64,000 nt of DNA from Chrysemys picta bellii (taxonomy: Eukaryota). This document shows, in pieces, positions 12,108 to 24,790 of this stretch. The position numbers were made by a program, and so were the translations under genes. Within the stretch, counting starts at the first letter, position 1; every line of letters starts with the position of its first letter. Location of the stretch: contig NC_088792.1 of NCBI RefSeq assembly GCF_011386835.1, positions 287,308,001-287,372,000 on the forward strand, in the 5' to 3' direction. The notes beneath the pieces were generated by a model. The model saw nothing but the letters and a program-made list of their open reading frames with translations, ran no database searches and had not been told where the DNA came from.

Positions 12108-13349
12108 TGAATTAAGAGTGCTAAGAGCAGCACAGCAGTCTGCCTAGTAAAATCCCACAAGGCAGAAATCTCAGCCTGCCTGGAGAAGACTCAAGTAGGC
12201 ATGTCAAACATTAATGGGCGTTTTCCCTAGTTATGAAGCGAGGAATGTAGAACCTAGTCCTGCAGCTTTACCATAGGCCTCAACCATCTGACCCTTTCCA
12301 GCTTACAGATATTTGTAGTAGAATACACTTTTGTAATTAAGAGTTGCACCAAGCTGAAGACATGTGTGTGTTACAAAATGCAGGGGCACTGCAGAACTTT
12401 CTTTCTAGCCTCAAGCAGCTGCAGAATCGAAATGCAATGGAAACAGAACGCAAATGCACACAGGGCAGAATACACAGAAACTTAGATCTTCTTTTCCAAA
12501 ACAGCACTGTGGATCTCACAACAAATGACCTACTCAGTATCACTGAGAAGTACATACATAATACAGGAATCTACCCTGCCTGTCTTCAATGCAACACAAA
12601 ACTGCCTGCTTACGAATAGTTATCACTACACTAACCTGAGTACAGTAAGAGTGAAAAGTTGCGACAAAGGGGAATTAGATGGGGAAGGCCTAGACAGCAG
12701 TTACACTATATGCATTTTGCTTCCAGATATTATTCGGAGATCGCTAATAATTCATTAAAAATTGAGGGGGGGATGAATTATGGGAATGGATTGAGAGGTG
12801 TCTAAAATTCTGTCTCTGTAAACACACTTCAAATCAGACAAAGGAGCGCCAATTAGCGGAGAAGAAAGGAAATTGGGATAGTTTAAAATCCAGAACTGTA
12901 GATTCACTTTATATGAGCCCAGCCCAACCCAGAGTGAAGAAATTTTGATCACACTAGTGTAGGGAGCTGACCCAACCCCCACAACTGTAAACAAAACACG
13001 TCCACTTTTTTTTTTTTTGGTGGGGGTGGAGAAAGGATATCCACTTCCCCAGTGGATCACCATCTAATTAATTAACAGCATGTTAGGTCTTATAAGCAGG
13101 TTTATAAACAGATGTCATTGAACTTAATGTGCATGCTTTTTCCTACAGTTTCCAAGAAGGCAGTCCCAACCCATTTAGGGGTAAACCCTCATGCACATTA
13201 ACCCCCAGGTGGTCTTCCTAATTTACTGCTATGTCAGAGCAGATGCAAGAACAGAGTCAGGCTTACTCACACGTGAGAGCAGCCTATTCCACCAGTATAG
13301 GGTTGCCTACAACACTCAACACTATTTCTAAAATGCATCCTCATCCTAC

Positions 13350-13490
13350 CTCAAAAGAGGTGTTAAGTAATCCCATTTTACAGATGGGGAATGCACGTAC
13401 AGAGAGGTTAAGTGACTTGCCTAAGTCTGAGGGAGAGCAGGGAATAGAACCCAGAACTTTTAAGTCCTAGTCCAATGTCTTAACCACAAA
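13350..13490 (+). mobile_element. MIR/CORE-type SINE remnant
   Basis: cccattttacagatgggga...agagaggttaagtgacttgcc core; similar remnants near 6330-6440, 23060-23270 and 62690-62840. Confidence 0.6.
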
Positions 13491-15122
13491 CAATGATTTT
13501 GTGGTTACAGTATGGACAGACTCTGGGTTCAATTCCCTGCTCTGGCAGGATTCCTGTGTCCCCTCGGGCAAGTTGCTTCACCTCCATGCCTCAGTTTCCC
13601 ATCTGTAAAACTGAGAAAACTCCAATACCTTTGTCTTGACTATTTAGACAAAGTTGTTCAGGGCTGGGATTGCATCATACTGTAAACCTGTAGACTGTTT
13701 AGCCCATAGTTGTCCTGATCTCATTCGGCCCTCTAGACACCACTGCAATACAAATAATAAAGCCCTCTCCATTGTCTCTTTGGCAAATAGGGTTTGCAAA
13801 ACAGAGTGTATTTGAAGACACTAGCGGTCTCTGATCCCCCGGGCATGTGTGAATACTGGGGAAATGTATACAATCTCCCACATTGGCACGGCAAGTGCAC
13901 CAAAGCCTCCATTAGTCTCTGGACTTCCAATATACTTTATAGTCACATCACAAAATAAATCAAAAATCCTTTGATTTCCACACACGATGTTGATGATTCA
14001 ATGCGTTCCAGCTGTAAGGCTACATAAGAAAGGGTTAGTATCAAACAGATGGGCTGAAATGAGGGGTTATAAAAGCAGACTTGTCCATGCAAAGCAGAAT
14101 GAAAGGTATGTGCAAATAAATGTTTCTGGCATCTTTTTTTTTTTTTAAATCTCTTTTTGGGAGATGCAAACCACTACCTCAGATTCCTTTCACTGCACGA
14201 TATTTATACATTTCTACATACTGACTGTCAAACTGCAGTATTGCTATTTGCAATAGATGCATGAAATGCAACCAGGAAAGAGCTAGAAAAATGAAATTCT
14301 TCCATCTTCCCATCTCTACCCAGAGCCAGAGAACAGTTCTCTCGATCTTCAAGTTATCAAGCTGAAGTTCCCATACTTGGACTCTCTTTCCCACCACCAA
14401 AATCCTGGATATTAAGCACAAAAACCAACAGGCCTCCAAAGTCATTCTACAAAGTTAATGTAAACCAGTTTGTTTTGTGAGGTCTGAGAACAAAAACCAC
14501 GTATCCACTTATGCTATTCTGTACAGATACTTTTGGTGCTGGTATTGTTAAGAAACGGAAAGCTAGGGAATTTGACATTTCAGACCTGTCTCTCTTCCCG
14601 CATGTCTAAGAGCAGAAGCCAACCGCGCTTACTGCCTAGCTGTGCACCAGCACAGATGATGCTAGCAATTATTTATTATGTTGCACTACTGATGCACATG
14701 GTGCTTTACAAGAAAAATTAAGATTGCAGTGTCTGCCACAAAGAGCTAACAAGGCCAATATAAGGCAAGATCAACAAGAGATCATGAACAAGGAGGGACG
14801 GAGAGGTCATTAATACCATGCATGTGCTTGGGTAAGCAGTGCACATATCTCGAGGGTGACACAATGGTTGTGGGTTTGCTATGTTATTATGAAGCCACCT
14901 TAACAGCTACCTAGTTAAGACTGCAATGAGTTTTCCCACTTCAAGCAGTTTTAGCTGCAAATTCAAGCACGATAATTAATTGAGATCAATCTGGTGTCCT
15001 ACATGTATTTCACATTTAGAGTCTCCACTGCACAATTCTGAGATTTAAAATCCATCCCTTTGGGAATCCTCCCAGAGATTAACTACATTTGATAGCACTT
15101 TCTGCCTACTCACTTTTGTTGA

Positions 15123-15215
15123 AACAACGGGGAGTCCGGTGGCACCTTGAAGACTGGCAGATTTATTTGGGCATGGGCTTTCGTGGGTAGAAAACCCACT
15201 TCTTCAGATGCCTAG
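15123..15215 (-). mobile_element. Penelope terminal-repeat remnant
   Basis: ggagtccggtggcaccttgaagact...ctttcgtgggt...cacttcttcagatgc is homologous to the left arm of the 7105 element. Confidence 0.7.
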
Positions 15216-17380
15216 AGTGTAAGGTCCCTAGAATCTCTCACACTCAAAAACCTCAAACATGTTGAAATTTCAACACAGGACTTGAGACTACAGAAAGCCC
15301 CAGCATATGAGAAAGTCAATATACAAACAAGTTATTTGGCTTCTTTGCCACAGAGACCACAACACTATCTTCATAGAAGACTTTTGTTCTGATGCTCCCT
15401 TGGCTTCACTAGCCCTCTTGCCCTGACTCCCCCACCTCTGAGGCTACAGTGCTTGGCTGCCCCAACCCTAGATGCCTCTACGCCCTCCCATCCAAGCCTC
15501 AATTAGATAAAATAGCCTTCTGTAACAAGACTCCCATTCCAGCACAAGTGAAGTTCATCAGGCTGAGGTTGCCCTCTGGGAAACCAGGGGACATTCACCA
15601 AACAGAGAACCTGCCTTCAGAACACAGTTGCAAGCTCCATTTGTCAGGCAAATTTGGATTCAAGATTCCCCCTCCTCTCCCTGCCCACTCTCACCAGGCC
15701 CTCGTTCTTATTACAAGCTGGGGGCATGGAGGGAAAGAGAAAAAAAGGATTTACAATTAATGTTGAGCCTGATCTCCATTAGGAAGCAGCTTCAAAGTCC
15801 ACTCCATTTTCTATTACTATCTGAAAAGCTTTCAAAGCTTATCTTTGATTGCTGGCTGAACTCTCCATAGTCCAGGATGTTTAGGCCTTATTCAAATCTT
15901 CCATCTTAGATTTAAAGATTTATATTGAAAACCCAAGCAGATTACGGAAGATTATAAATTTGCAGGTTATTTCAATGCAGAGTTCCCAGCTTGCCCATGC
16001 CGTTAGCAATTACAGCATCACAAGAGAAGCCGTCAACAGCAGCCTTTCAATCAATGGTCAGACAATTTACTCCCAGCACTACCCTCCTGAGTAGGTTTTT
16101 AAAACGTCAGTTGTTTCCCCTCTTCACTTCCAAAACGTATAAATGCTTTCAGGAACAATTTAGAACGCAAATCTAATCCTTTTCTCTTGTGTTTTCTCCC
16201 TGTTTGCCTGCTGTCCTTGCATCAAATTCCAAGTGACCAATTCTGTGCTGAGCACCTTTGCCCCTGCAAGTGATCTCAGTTATTCTAACACAGAACTAAA
16301 CAGCTGAACTTGACCACAAAAACAGCAGGCCCAAGGAGAGGACCAAGGGAAAAGAAGTTCCTTTCATTCCTGTTTACCTAACAAAGATATTTGGGTCACT
16401 AATCATCTTGTAACAGGCATATTTTGCATTCCAAGTCAATAGCTAGGTACCTTCCTCAGGAGGAATTACTGGGCCACCAATACATAGGGCCAGACACCTA
16501 ATAGTTCTAATTTTGCACTTGTTAAGCATCTTCCATCTGAGGATCTCAATGTTTTACAAATATTGATTTGGCCTTGCGACCTTCCTGTGAGTAGTTGACA
16601 CTATCACCTCCATTTTACAGATGAGAAAACAGGAGGCATATCTTGGATTAGAACCTGGTCACTATCCCTCCTCCCCGCGATAAGTCAGCACAACACCTCT
16701 TAATATGGGATCGAAATTCTGTTCTGAACAATCACCGTGATTATACAGCCAGCTTTGTGACAAACTGATGATGTAGCAGCAGCAAAAAATGCTCCAGCAG
16801 GGGATAGTAGCAATCTATTATAGTAGTGTTCAGAGTTAAAACTAGTAGCCAAGCTGAGTACCCTAGAAACAGTAGATGGAAGATGCCATTTCTTTGCACA
16901 TACCCTAACTGAAAGCCAACAGGAAAGAGAAGGTGGTAGTTCAGTGTACCCCAGTATACAAACATGCCCCTGCTGACAGATATGTGCTCAGCAGGGGTAT
17001 TTTAACTATGGTTAAATTGGTTACCTGTTAGCTAAAGATCATTGGAACCAACTCAAACATTCCACTGGGAGAAAAAGAAATGCATAGCTCTTTGAAGACC
17101 CCACTGAATTTTAGCCCCAGTGCAATAGCCTGTAATTTTAAAGCCATTGTGCTAAGGTAAGCAGTTACACGGCATGCATTTCTGGTAATAGAGGGTGTTC
17201 TTGATAAAATGGAGCTAGTCTGGTGGTACACAGCACTGCACACCTTGTCAATCGCCTCTAACTTAAAATAAGAAGCCACACAATCTATGGAATCAGTCAT
17301 AGTGGAAGAGATCTGTGAGATGCGCCATAACTAAAAATGGACTGCAGGTAGCCAGCTGGTGAGAGAGCTTGGGTACTCAC

Positions 17381-17452
17381 TCCGGCCAGCGATTTCTGGA
17401 TATTCTCCCTGGCTCTGGCAATGTCGCGTAGGATCGTGCTGGCTCCGTTCTC
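17381..17452 (-). CDS. EEF1D: EEF1D exon ([24 protein letters not shown])
   Basis: Nearly identical to human [24 protein letters not shown]; acceptor gtttgcag, donor GGA|GTGAGT; 72 nt. Confidence 0.96.
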
Positions 17453-19575
17453 CTGCAAACAGCGCAGAAAGAACCAAGATGTTTTGTAAAATGAGACATG
17501 AGAAATTGCTGTGAGCAGCTAAGATGGGGAAGATTGGATTTGTTTTTAGCAATGATTAAGTGAGTTTTGGAGGCAGCTTTTCAAGAAGCATCAGCTGGAG
17601 GCATGGAGTGCAATGACCGCAGCTTAGCATTGGTCACGTCATGCTACGCCTCCAGAACAGTGTCCAGTTGCAGAGTTTTGAGACCTCAATATTTTGCTTC
17701 TCCCCACTCTGGTCCCGTGACAGGTTGGCATAGCCATCACTCAGGCAGGTTATCAGGATCACTTTAGTGTGCCCTTGGAGCTCTGGTTAGGCAGCTAATT
17801 TCCTTAAAAGACTATGTGTGAATTTCATGCTGGTGAGAAGTGGCAGAGTCCTGCAGACTAAAATCTTCTATTCCAAGAGTGGGTGTGGTCCAGGCTGTGG
17901 CAGCCCTAGCTTTTCCACATTTATGTGCCACATCCCCAAACGGGAGGGTCCACACCTCCTGGGGCGAGAGTTCAGTTTCCAGGGTCCAAGTACTCCTTGG
18001 CTCTCTGAGACTACCAATCAGGGCACCAATTATAGCTGTGGTTTCTGTGACAGATTCCTGTCCACTGGAAACTGGACTGAGCACCAAAATTCATTTCACA
18101 CTGGGCACCAAATCAGCCCCAAATAATCCCACACTAGCATGGCACTTCCAAATTTGATGCAAATAAAAAAAAAAGTTTACTGAAGACTCCTAAACCTTAC
18201 TAGGAAGGGAGTGTTGTAATAAACAACTCTAAGTTTCAGTCAGTTGGGTTTCAGGCCACTTCTGGCAGGTAAAATTACCTTCTTCACTGAAAGTTGTGTG
18301 TGTCATGTGATATTCTAATTATTCCCCTTTCTACTACACACAGCACAGTTGTGCTTTAGAATCTGCTTTAATGTTTTACTTACAACTTCCAATTTTTGTA
18401 GACCTACTGTAGGAACATCTGCCCTTCAAATAAATGTTGTACAGAGCTTTGTGCTACCGCTATGGTAGCATAGCCAGCAGAAATTCAGCAGAACATGCCT
18501 AGAAGCTACTAAAGCATTGACCGTTGTTTAAAAGCTCGGCCCTGCCACTTGCAAAACAGCCATGTAAGATTTCAAGCCGCTTTCTATGGAATTAAATGCA
18601 TATGCAGTTAACCATCCTTTACATTTTAGGATGGGAGCATCACTGCTCCCTACAATCTTACTCCAGTTGTGGGGGTGCAGATACCTCAGGAATGTAAGTG
18701 TGAGCCACCCTGAGGACTTTATGTTGGAACTGGCGTTTGCTTTCCCTGCTCTTCCCCCACCATAGCCTCCACTGCTCTGGTGCAGACAAGTAATATATAC
18801 AGCATTCCCTGCGGCCTCCTGTTAACATTACAGGGAAGCCAGAAAGGGAACGTGGGTCACAATCTCTCTGGAGTGTTAGCACCACTATACTCCCGTCATG
18901 CACTCGGTCTCTAGGATGTGCCTGGCAAAAAAACAACTTGGACACTCCTGAACACTGGCTCCCTGGAAAAATAGGAAATTGCTAGATATCGTAATAGCTC
19001 ACGTAGGTCAGTCCTTAGCATAACTTCCCATCCTCCCATATTACCTCAACATTTGTTCTCAGATCTTGTGAATGGGATATAAAATTGCTCGCTGATAGGT
19101 CACAGACCCTATTTGTGGCCCTGTCACAGGTAGGGCGCAAGTAACCTGAAGGATTAAGAAAAGACCAATTCTTGTAAACTATAACCCAGGTTTTCCCCCA
19201 TTTCTATTTCACCCCATTCACAAAGTTGAACCTCCTCTTGTACATGGGCAAATCAGCTTCAGCTACACCTATATTTTGAACACTGTGGTTCTCACACTAT
19301 AGCCTGTGGAACACTGGAGGGGTTTGATGCAATTATTTGTGGTCCACAGGACAAAACGTTTTGAAAACCAAACAGGGAATTTGGTGACAGGACCTGAGTC
19401 TCCAAGAGAGGATATCTTACTAATTCTCCTAGTCTGGAGACCAATTTGTAACAGACCTTAACAAATACATACAGGTGGGAAGGGTCATTCTTTCACCTGC
19501 TATCGGTACTGGGAGATCCTTAGACTCTAGCACGCTGCAAAAACGACTTCCTTACTACTTGAGGATATGCATTAC

Positions 19576-19699
19576 CTGTTGGCATGAAGGACTGGCAACT
19601 GGCCCATTCATCTGTTCATAGTATCTCTTCTCAGCATCGTCATACTTGAATTTATCAAACCAGATCTTCTCATGCATAAGAAAATCAGCTGCCATTTTT
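19576..19699 (-). CDS. EEF1D: EEF1D exon carrying the short-isoform start (ATG at 19695; [22 protein letters not shown]...CQQ)
   Basis: Matches human [22 protein letters not shown]; acceptor tttgcag|AAAAATG keeps frame with the long exon; donor CAG|GTAAT. Confidence 0.96.
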
Positions 19700-20360
19700 C
19701 TGCAAATAGGAAGACACAATATGAGCACCTAGGAATATTTAAGGTTAGCTGCCTGTATCAGGTTCATCAGATTTCCCTCCTTCCTCCCCCACAGAACTGC
19801 ATTGTAGCTTTCTGCCCTTTATCTTCCTTCCCCTCTGGTGAAAAGCTTTAAGTAAATGGGATCCTATTAAGAAAGCAGGGCATTCTAATCATCCATCCAC
19901 CTGTCTGCCTGATCTGACCTGCATTTAGCAACACAGCGTGAAGCGGGGGCTGTACATGTTGGACAGTCTGCACCTTCCCCTGTATAAATGCCAGCTCCAC
20001 CAGGATATATAGATCAAAATGTCAGACACTTCAAAATCCACACAAGTCAATTAATACAATGGTTTAAAAAATGGACAGAATCGCACCTGTTTTGGCTCAT
20101 GTACAGAGACTTTTTTTTTTTTAAATATGCCTAGCCAACCTTAGCAACTAATAGCACTAAACTCCTTAACATAGCTTTTAGCTCAACACAGAGTGGAGGA
20201 CACAGTGTTTTAGTCACATTACAACTATGTTAGGAAGCAGTGTTAAAACAGTAATGGGGAGCAAGTTGAGCACACCGTTCTATTGCATACTATCTTAAAC
20301 AGATTTCAGCCCTGCCCACACCTGAATCAGAACTGTGCTGCTCCAACCAAGCTATCTTTA

Positions 20361-20996
20361 CTTCTGGGGGAATTCTGCGCCACTGCGCAATGCAGAATTT
20401 TGCAGAAATTAACACTGTGCACGCAGAATTGCTATTCGACCACAGAAATGGGCTGCAGTGCTGCTAGTCACCACTAGGGGCCACTGGATTCAGCAGAGCC
20501 CAGCTTGCACATAGAAGACACCACTGGGGGAGGGAGCTAGAGGGTTCCCGGCAGCTGCAGTTCCCAGCATGCTCTGAGGGAAGGAGAGGGTGGGGCGCAG
20601 GAAACTCCACGCAAGCCTGGGATCAAGCATCAGGCTGTTTCTCCCTTTGGATCCCTGGGTTTTGGTGGAGGAGGGGTGTCTGGGCAAGGGGGGGAGGGGT
20701 TATGGGTGTCTGGCCCCCCCGGCTGGGTTCTGAGTGTGTGTGGGGGAGGAAGGGGGCAGAGAAACAGGAATTTGGTTGTCATAGTGATTTCTTTAACTCT
20801 CTACTCCGGGGGGAATTTTTGTGAGTGTCCATATTGTTATACATATGCTTGCTGACAGGTATTTTGATATAAATTACCAAATAATTGAAAGTGGCCTGAT
20901 TACATACAGTGTTATTTTGACAAATAACATTTGTAGAATTTTAAAATATTATGTGCACAATTTTTTCATTTTTGGGGCACAGAATGCCCCCAGGAG
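20361..20996. mobile_element. TA-flanked MITE (Tc1/mariner-like)
   Basis: Imperfect TIR ta-cttctgggggaattctgcgcc / ggcacagaatgcccccaggag-ta. Confidence 0.6.
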
Positions 20997-23516
20997 TAGA
21001 TGGGCAATGCATCACTGGGTGTGCTGCAGAACGAGATTACCCAGTCCTCCTGGATAAAGCCATAATAGTACGTGGCATGACAAACAAACAAAACAAAAAT
21101 ACTAGAAGCGTGTCTCCTTTCAAATCAAGAACCACAAAAAGTATTTCAGAAGATGGCATACGGAGGAGTGGAAGATGGACCTGCAGGGGTGTACTTTCAG
21201 AAAAGACCCTGTAGTCATTTAGAAAGTAAACTGTTACACCGTTGGAGAGAGATCCTTCCCATTGTGCTAGTCAGAAATCACGAGATTCCGCCCCATGTGG
21301 GAGGATAAGGAGGATGTTCTAAAATGCACATGGGTTCTAAAATGGCTATGAAAGTAGGCCAACCTACTACTTTGTATGTGGTAACAATGAATTCAGAGGC
21401 AAAGGGGCTAATTTAATATGGGCGTGCAGTTAAACAGCTTCCAAAGGCTATTTAACTTCATGGTGTATTGCGGGATGGGACTATTACAAGAACCTAACAT
21501 GGAGGATATACAGTTATTTCAAAGCAAGGGCCCGGTACAGGAGCCTAGGACAAAAGGTCAGTTTGAGGGGGTAAGAAGAGACAAGAAAGGAGAATCTCAA
21601 TGAAGCAATTACAAGGCCCTGTTGTGAGAAGTGTAAGCAGGGACATAGCAACTAAGGAATATCAGCTTACGTAAAGGGCATTTAAAGATCTTTTAGGAAA
21701 AGTTTACACCACTCAAATGCCCTAAGGCAAGGACCATAACTTCAAGAATCAGCCTAGACCTTTCCAAGCCCTACAAATCCTCCAAAAAAACACCGCCAGA
21801 TCTCAACACTGGTTAACTAAGTAATGCTTTGTACTATCCGGTTGTAAAAAACATCTCAGTATCAACACCGACCCATTCAGAAAAGCAGAGAAGGATCAAG
21901 AGAGACTGCTACAGAACCATTTCCAAATTCTGCAACCCCTTCCCAAGGTTCACATCATTCCTGCAAGAGACTGCCAGAAATGCTGTCCATATACACAAGC
22001 CAGTTTACTACACACAATCCTAATCATGAACAGGCCAATTAATCACACACTGAACATTTTGTACTGATGCAATCTTCATTTCATGGGGAGAGATTCTCCT
22101 TACTCCATCTGGCCACAGAGAATGCTATTCAAACTCAAGGGTCTCCTCAAAGAGGGAGAAAGGAAGATCTAGTCTCTGAAAATTGTATTTATTGCTGGGC
22201 TACAAAAGAGCACTTAAGTACTGGCCTTTAAACAAATCCACTGAAGAGCTACAGCTCAGAAGGTAATGTGGCCTCTGAACGTTAGAGAAGTTTTGGGTTC
22301 AGCAAGTAGAATGCAATTATGTAAAATCAAAATACAAACTGCATTGTTTCATGTACAGTGGAACAAAAATGCTGTTGTGTACTCACCCAAGAGAGGCAGC
22401 TTTCAAATATTTCCAGCCTTTAAACAAACTTAGACTGTTCTAATTAGACTAATCGCAGGGGCGATAACTATGGATATTTTCTACATTTTAAAAATGCATC
22501 TCCTCTCCCAGCTCCAATGTTTGTTCATTGGATTTGTTATAATCTAGTTCACCTTCCCTTACATGCCCAGATTAAACACCCACTTTTAGACAAAATGGCT
22601 TATCAGATTACCTTCCCTCAATTGTTCAGAGGAAGCACCTGTGGTCTCCAGATTGAAACTTTGGGCCTATTTTACAGTCAAATGGCATCTTTCATCCTGA
22701 AGGATCCCAAAGCTCCTCTACAAACTGAATATATACAGTGACACAAAAAAGCATCCATTTCTCAGGGGAAGCCAGTGGAAAACCTACATATAACAACCTC
22801 TAGGAAAATGTTGGTCAAAGTCACCGGAACAAATTCCTTCTCTTGTGAAGAATGTAACGGGATCTTTAATACTCATGCACTGCAAACACAATATCCATTC
22901 GAAAGGTCTAATCCAAAAAACCAAACAAACAAAAAAGCTCCTGCAAAACCTGCCTAAAATTCAGTTTATGAACCTCAGAATGATGAGGGGCTAAGTGGTC
23001 TGTACCACCCCCAGAGCAATGTTTAGACGATACAGTCATCCCCTCCACCTTTCTACCGGTAAAGCACCTTGGGATTAAAGGCTCTGTGCAAGAAATGAGT
23101 GGCCTGAGCACAGGACTGGGAATCAGATCTCCCAAGTCAAGAGTTCTAACCCCTCCTTTGACTTCAGTGCTGTGTGATCTTGAGCAAGTTATCGAACTTG
23201 TCTGGCTCCAGCTATAAAATGACAATAACTTAACTACCGACCTCCTAGGGGTGTTTGAGGATTAATTACAACTCATCATAACAGTGAGCTACCTTAAAAA
23301 AGAGGGCCCTCTTCAAAAACCCTGCTGGTAAAGTGAAGCCTGATTAAGGTTAAACAGGACCTTTGGCTCAATGACTGGAGGTTATGTCTATAGCGCCAGT
23401 GTTGTGTTTGGCACTACAGACCCACATTGCCTTCTACATATGCCAATTATTACAGCTCAATGCTGAACCATCAATTTTCCGAGTTTGAGTGTTACCCCAG
23501 AATAAGCTTTTCCTAC

Positions 23517-24790
23517 TTAGTTTCTGAAGCAGGCACGCTTGTGGCACGAGAAGCAGGTCGAGATGGTTTTGCTAGCGTGAGTTCTGGAACCCTTGCATTA
23601 TCTTGTCTGCTCGACATTTTCAGGGCCTCAGATGCATAGTATCGTGATTCAGCGCTGTCGTATGTGGGTTTACTAAGCCACAAATGCTCACTGTCCTTGT
23701 GCAGGAAATACCAGGTAGGCGGAGGGTGCTCGGCATCTTTAGGAAGGGAAGGGTTGGTGGTGAACTCCACATGTCGGGAATTCATTCGTTTCCCGGGACT
23801 GCGGCCCTTCTTGTCCTTTCGGCTGCTCTTTGAGGCTTCTGGACGGCTGCGCTCTTGTGGCCTCACCTTCCCTGGAGGATGCCCATCAGTCATGTTCTCG
23901 TAGAAGCTTTTCTCAGCATCATCATAAATAGGTTTCTCCAGCCACACCTCCGAAATCAATGCCTGCAAGCTCAATATCTGAGGCTTGCCATTTATTGTCT
24001 GGTGTGCAGGACTGGGCAAACTGGTAACAAAAGAGGCACCAGAATGAACCACAACATCTGTTGACAGGCATGGTGTAGCAGGGGTTGCAGGAGTAGATAG
24101 AGCTGTTATATACCCTTCATCTGGAGTTCTTTGATCAACATCACCATAGTCACTGTTCCATCGTACCGATGGAAGATCTAGGAAGTGTGGATGAACAAAA
24201 GATTGAGACCTTTCAACAAACACCTTCTCTGCCTCATCAAAGTTGAACTTGTTGACCCAGACATCCTGGATGACATGGTGACAAGCAATCAGACCGGCAT
24301 GGGTGCAGTGCAAGGCTGCTAGGTTCTTCCTTGGCTTATGAACACCTGGGACAGCTTCTTCTGACCAGGACACTAATGCTGGCTGCTCAGCAGCCGGTTC
24401 AGTTTCAGGGGCCTTCTGGGTCAGGTCATCTGCAAGTTTCTTTCTGAACAGGTTTTCAGCATGATCGAAGAAAGGTTTGTCAAACCACACGCCATCAGCT
24501 AATAAACCAGTCAGGACAAAATCTACCTTGGAGACCAAACTCTTGGTTTTTGGAGAACGCTTCCTTTTCTTTTGCTTCTTCCCATTTTTCACTCTTTTCA
24601 TGTCTTTCAATTCGCCCTCGACAGGATCATCATGGCAAACACTGTTCATTGCCTCCACCTCTTGGCCCTTTTCAGTGGCGGAGGCTGCCAACGTGGCTTC
24701 TCTTTCATAGTGGAGCCTCTCCGCTTCATCATACTGGTGCTTGTCCAACCAGACCTTTTCCAGTGGGTACGGGAGCTTCCTTGTCCTCAT
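23517..24790 (-). CDS. EEF1D: EEF1D long-isoform (eEF1B-delta-L) N-terminal exon, 424 codons
   Basis: MRTRKLPYPLEKVWLDKHQYDEAE resembles human MRSGKASCTLETVWEDKHKYEEAE; NLS KKQKKRKR; donor AA|GTAGG joins in frame to 19699 (..SETKKMAADF). The ORF-track start at 24898 is intronic. Predicted long form about 725 aa, short form about 299 aa (both without the 72-nt cassette). Confidence 0.93.

Noticed and set aside
12371-12418. Strong acceptor followed by LLEARKKVLQCPCIL*
   Set aside because: No nearby poly(A) signal or donor found; not a CaaX box (last four residues PCIL)
22387-22417. 31-nt exon-like segment with GTGAGT donor between the long and short start exons
   Set aside because: Modest acceptor, frame-incompatible with the long isoform, no further support
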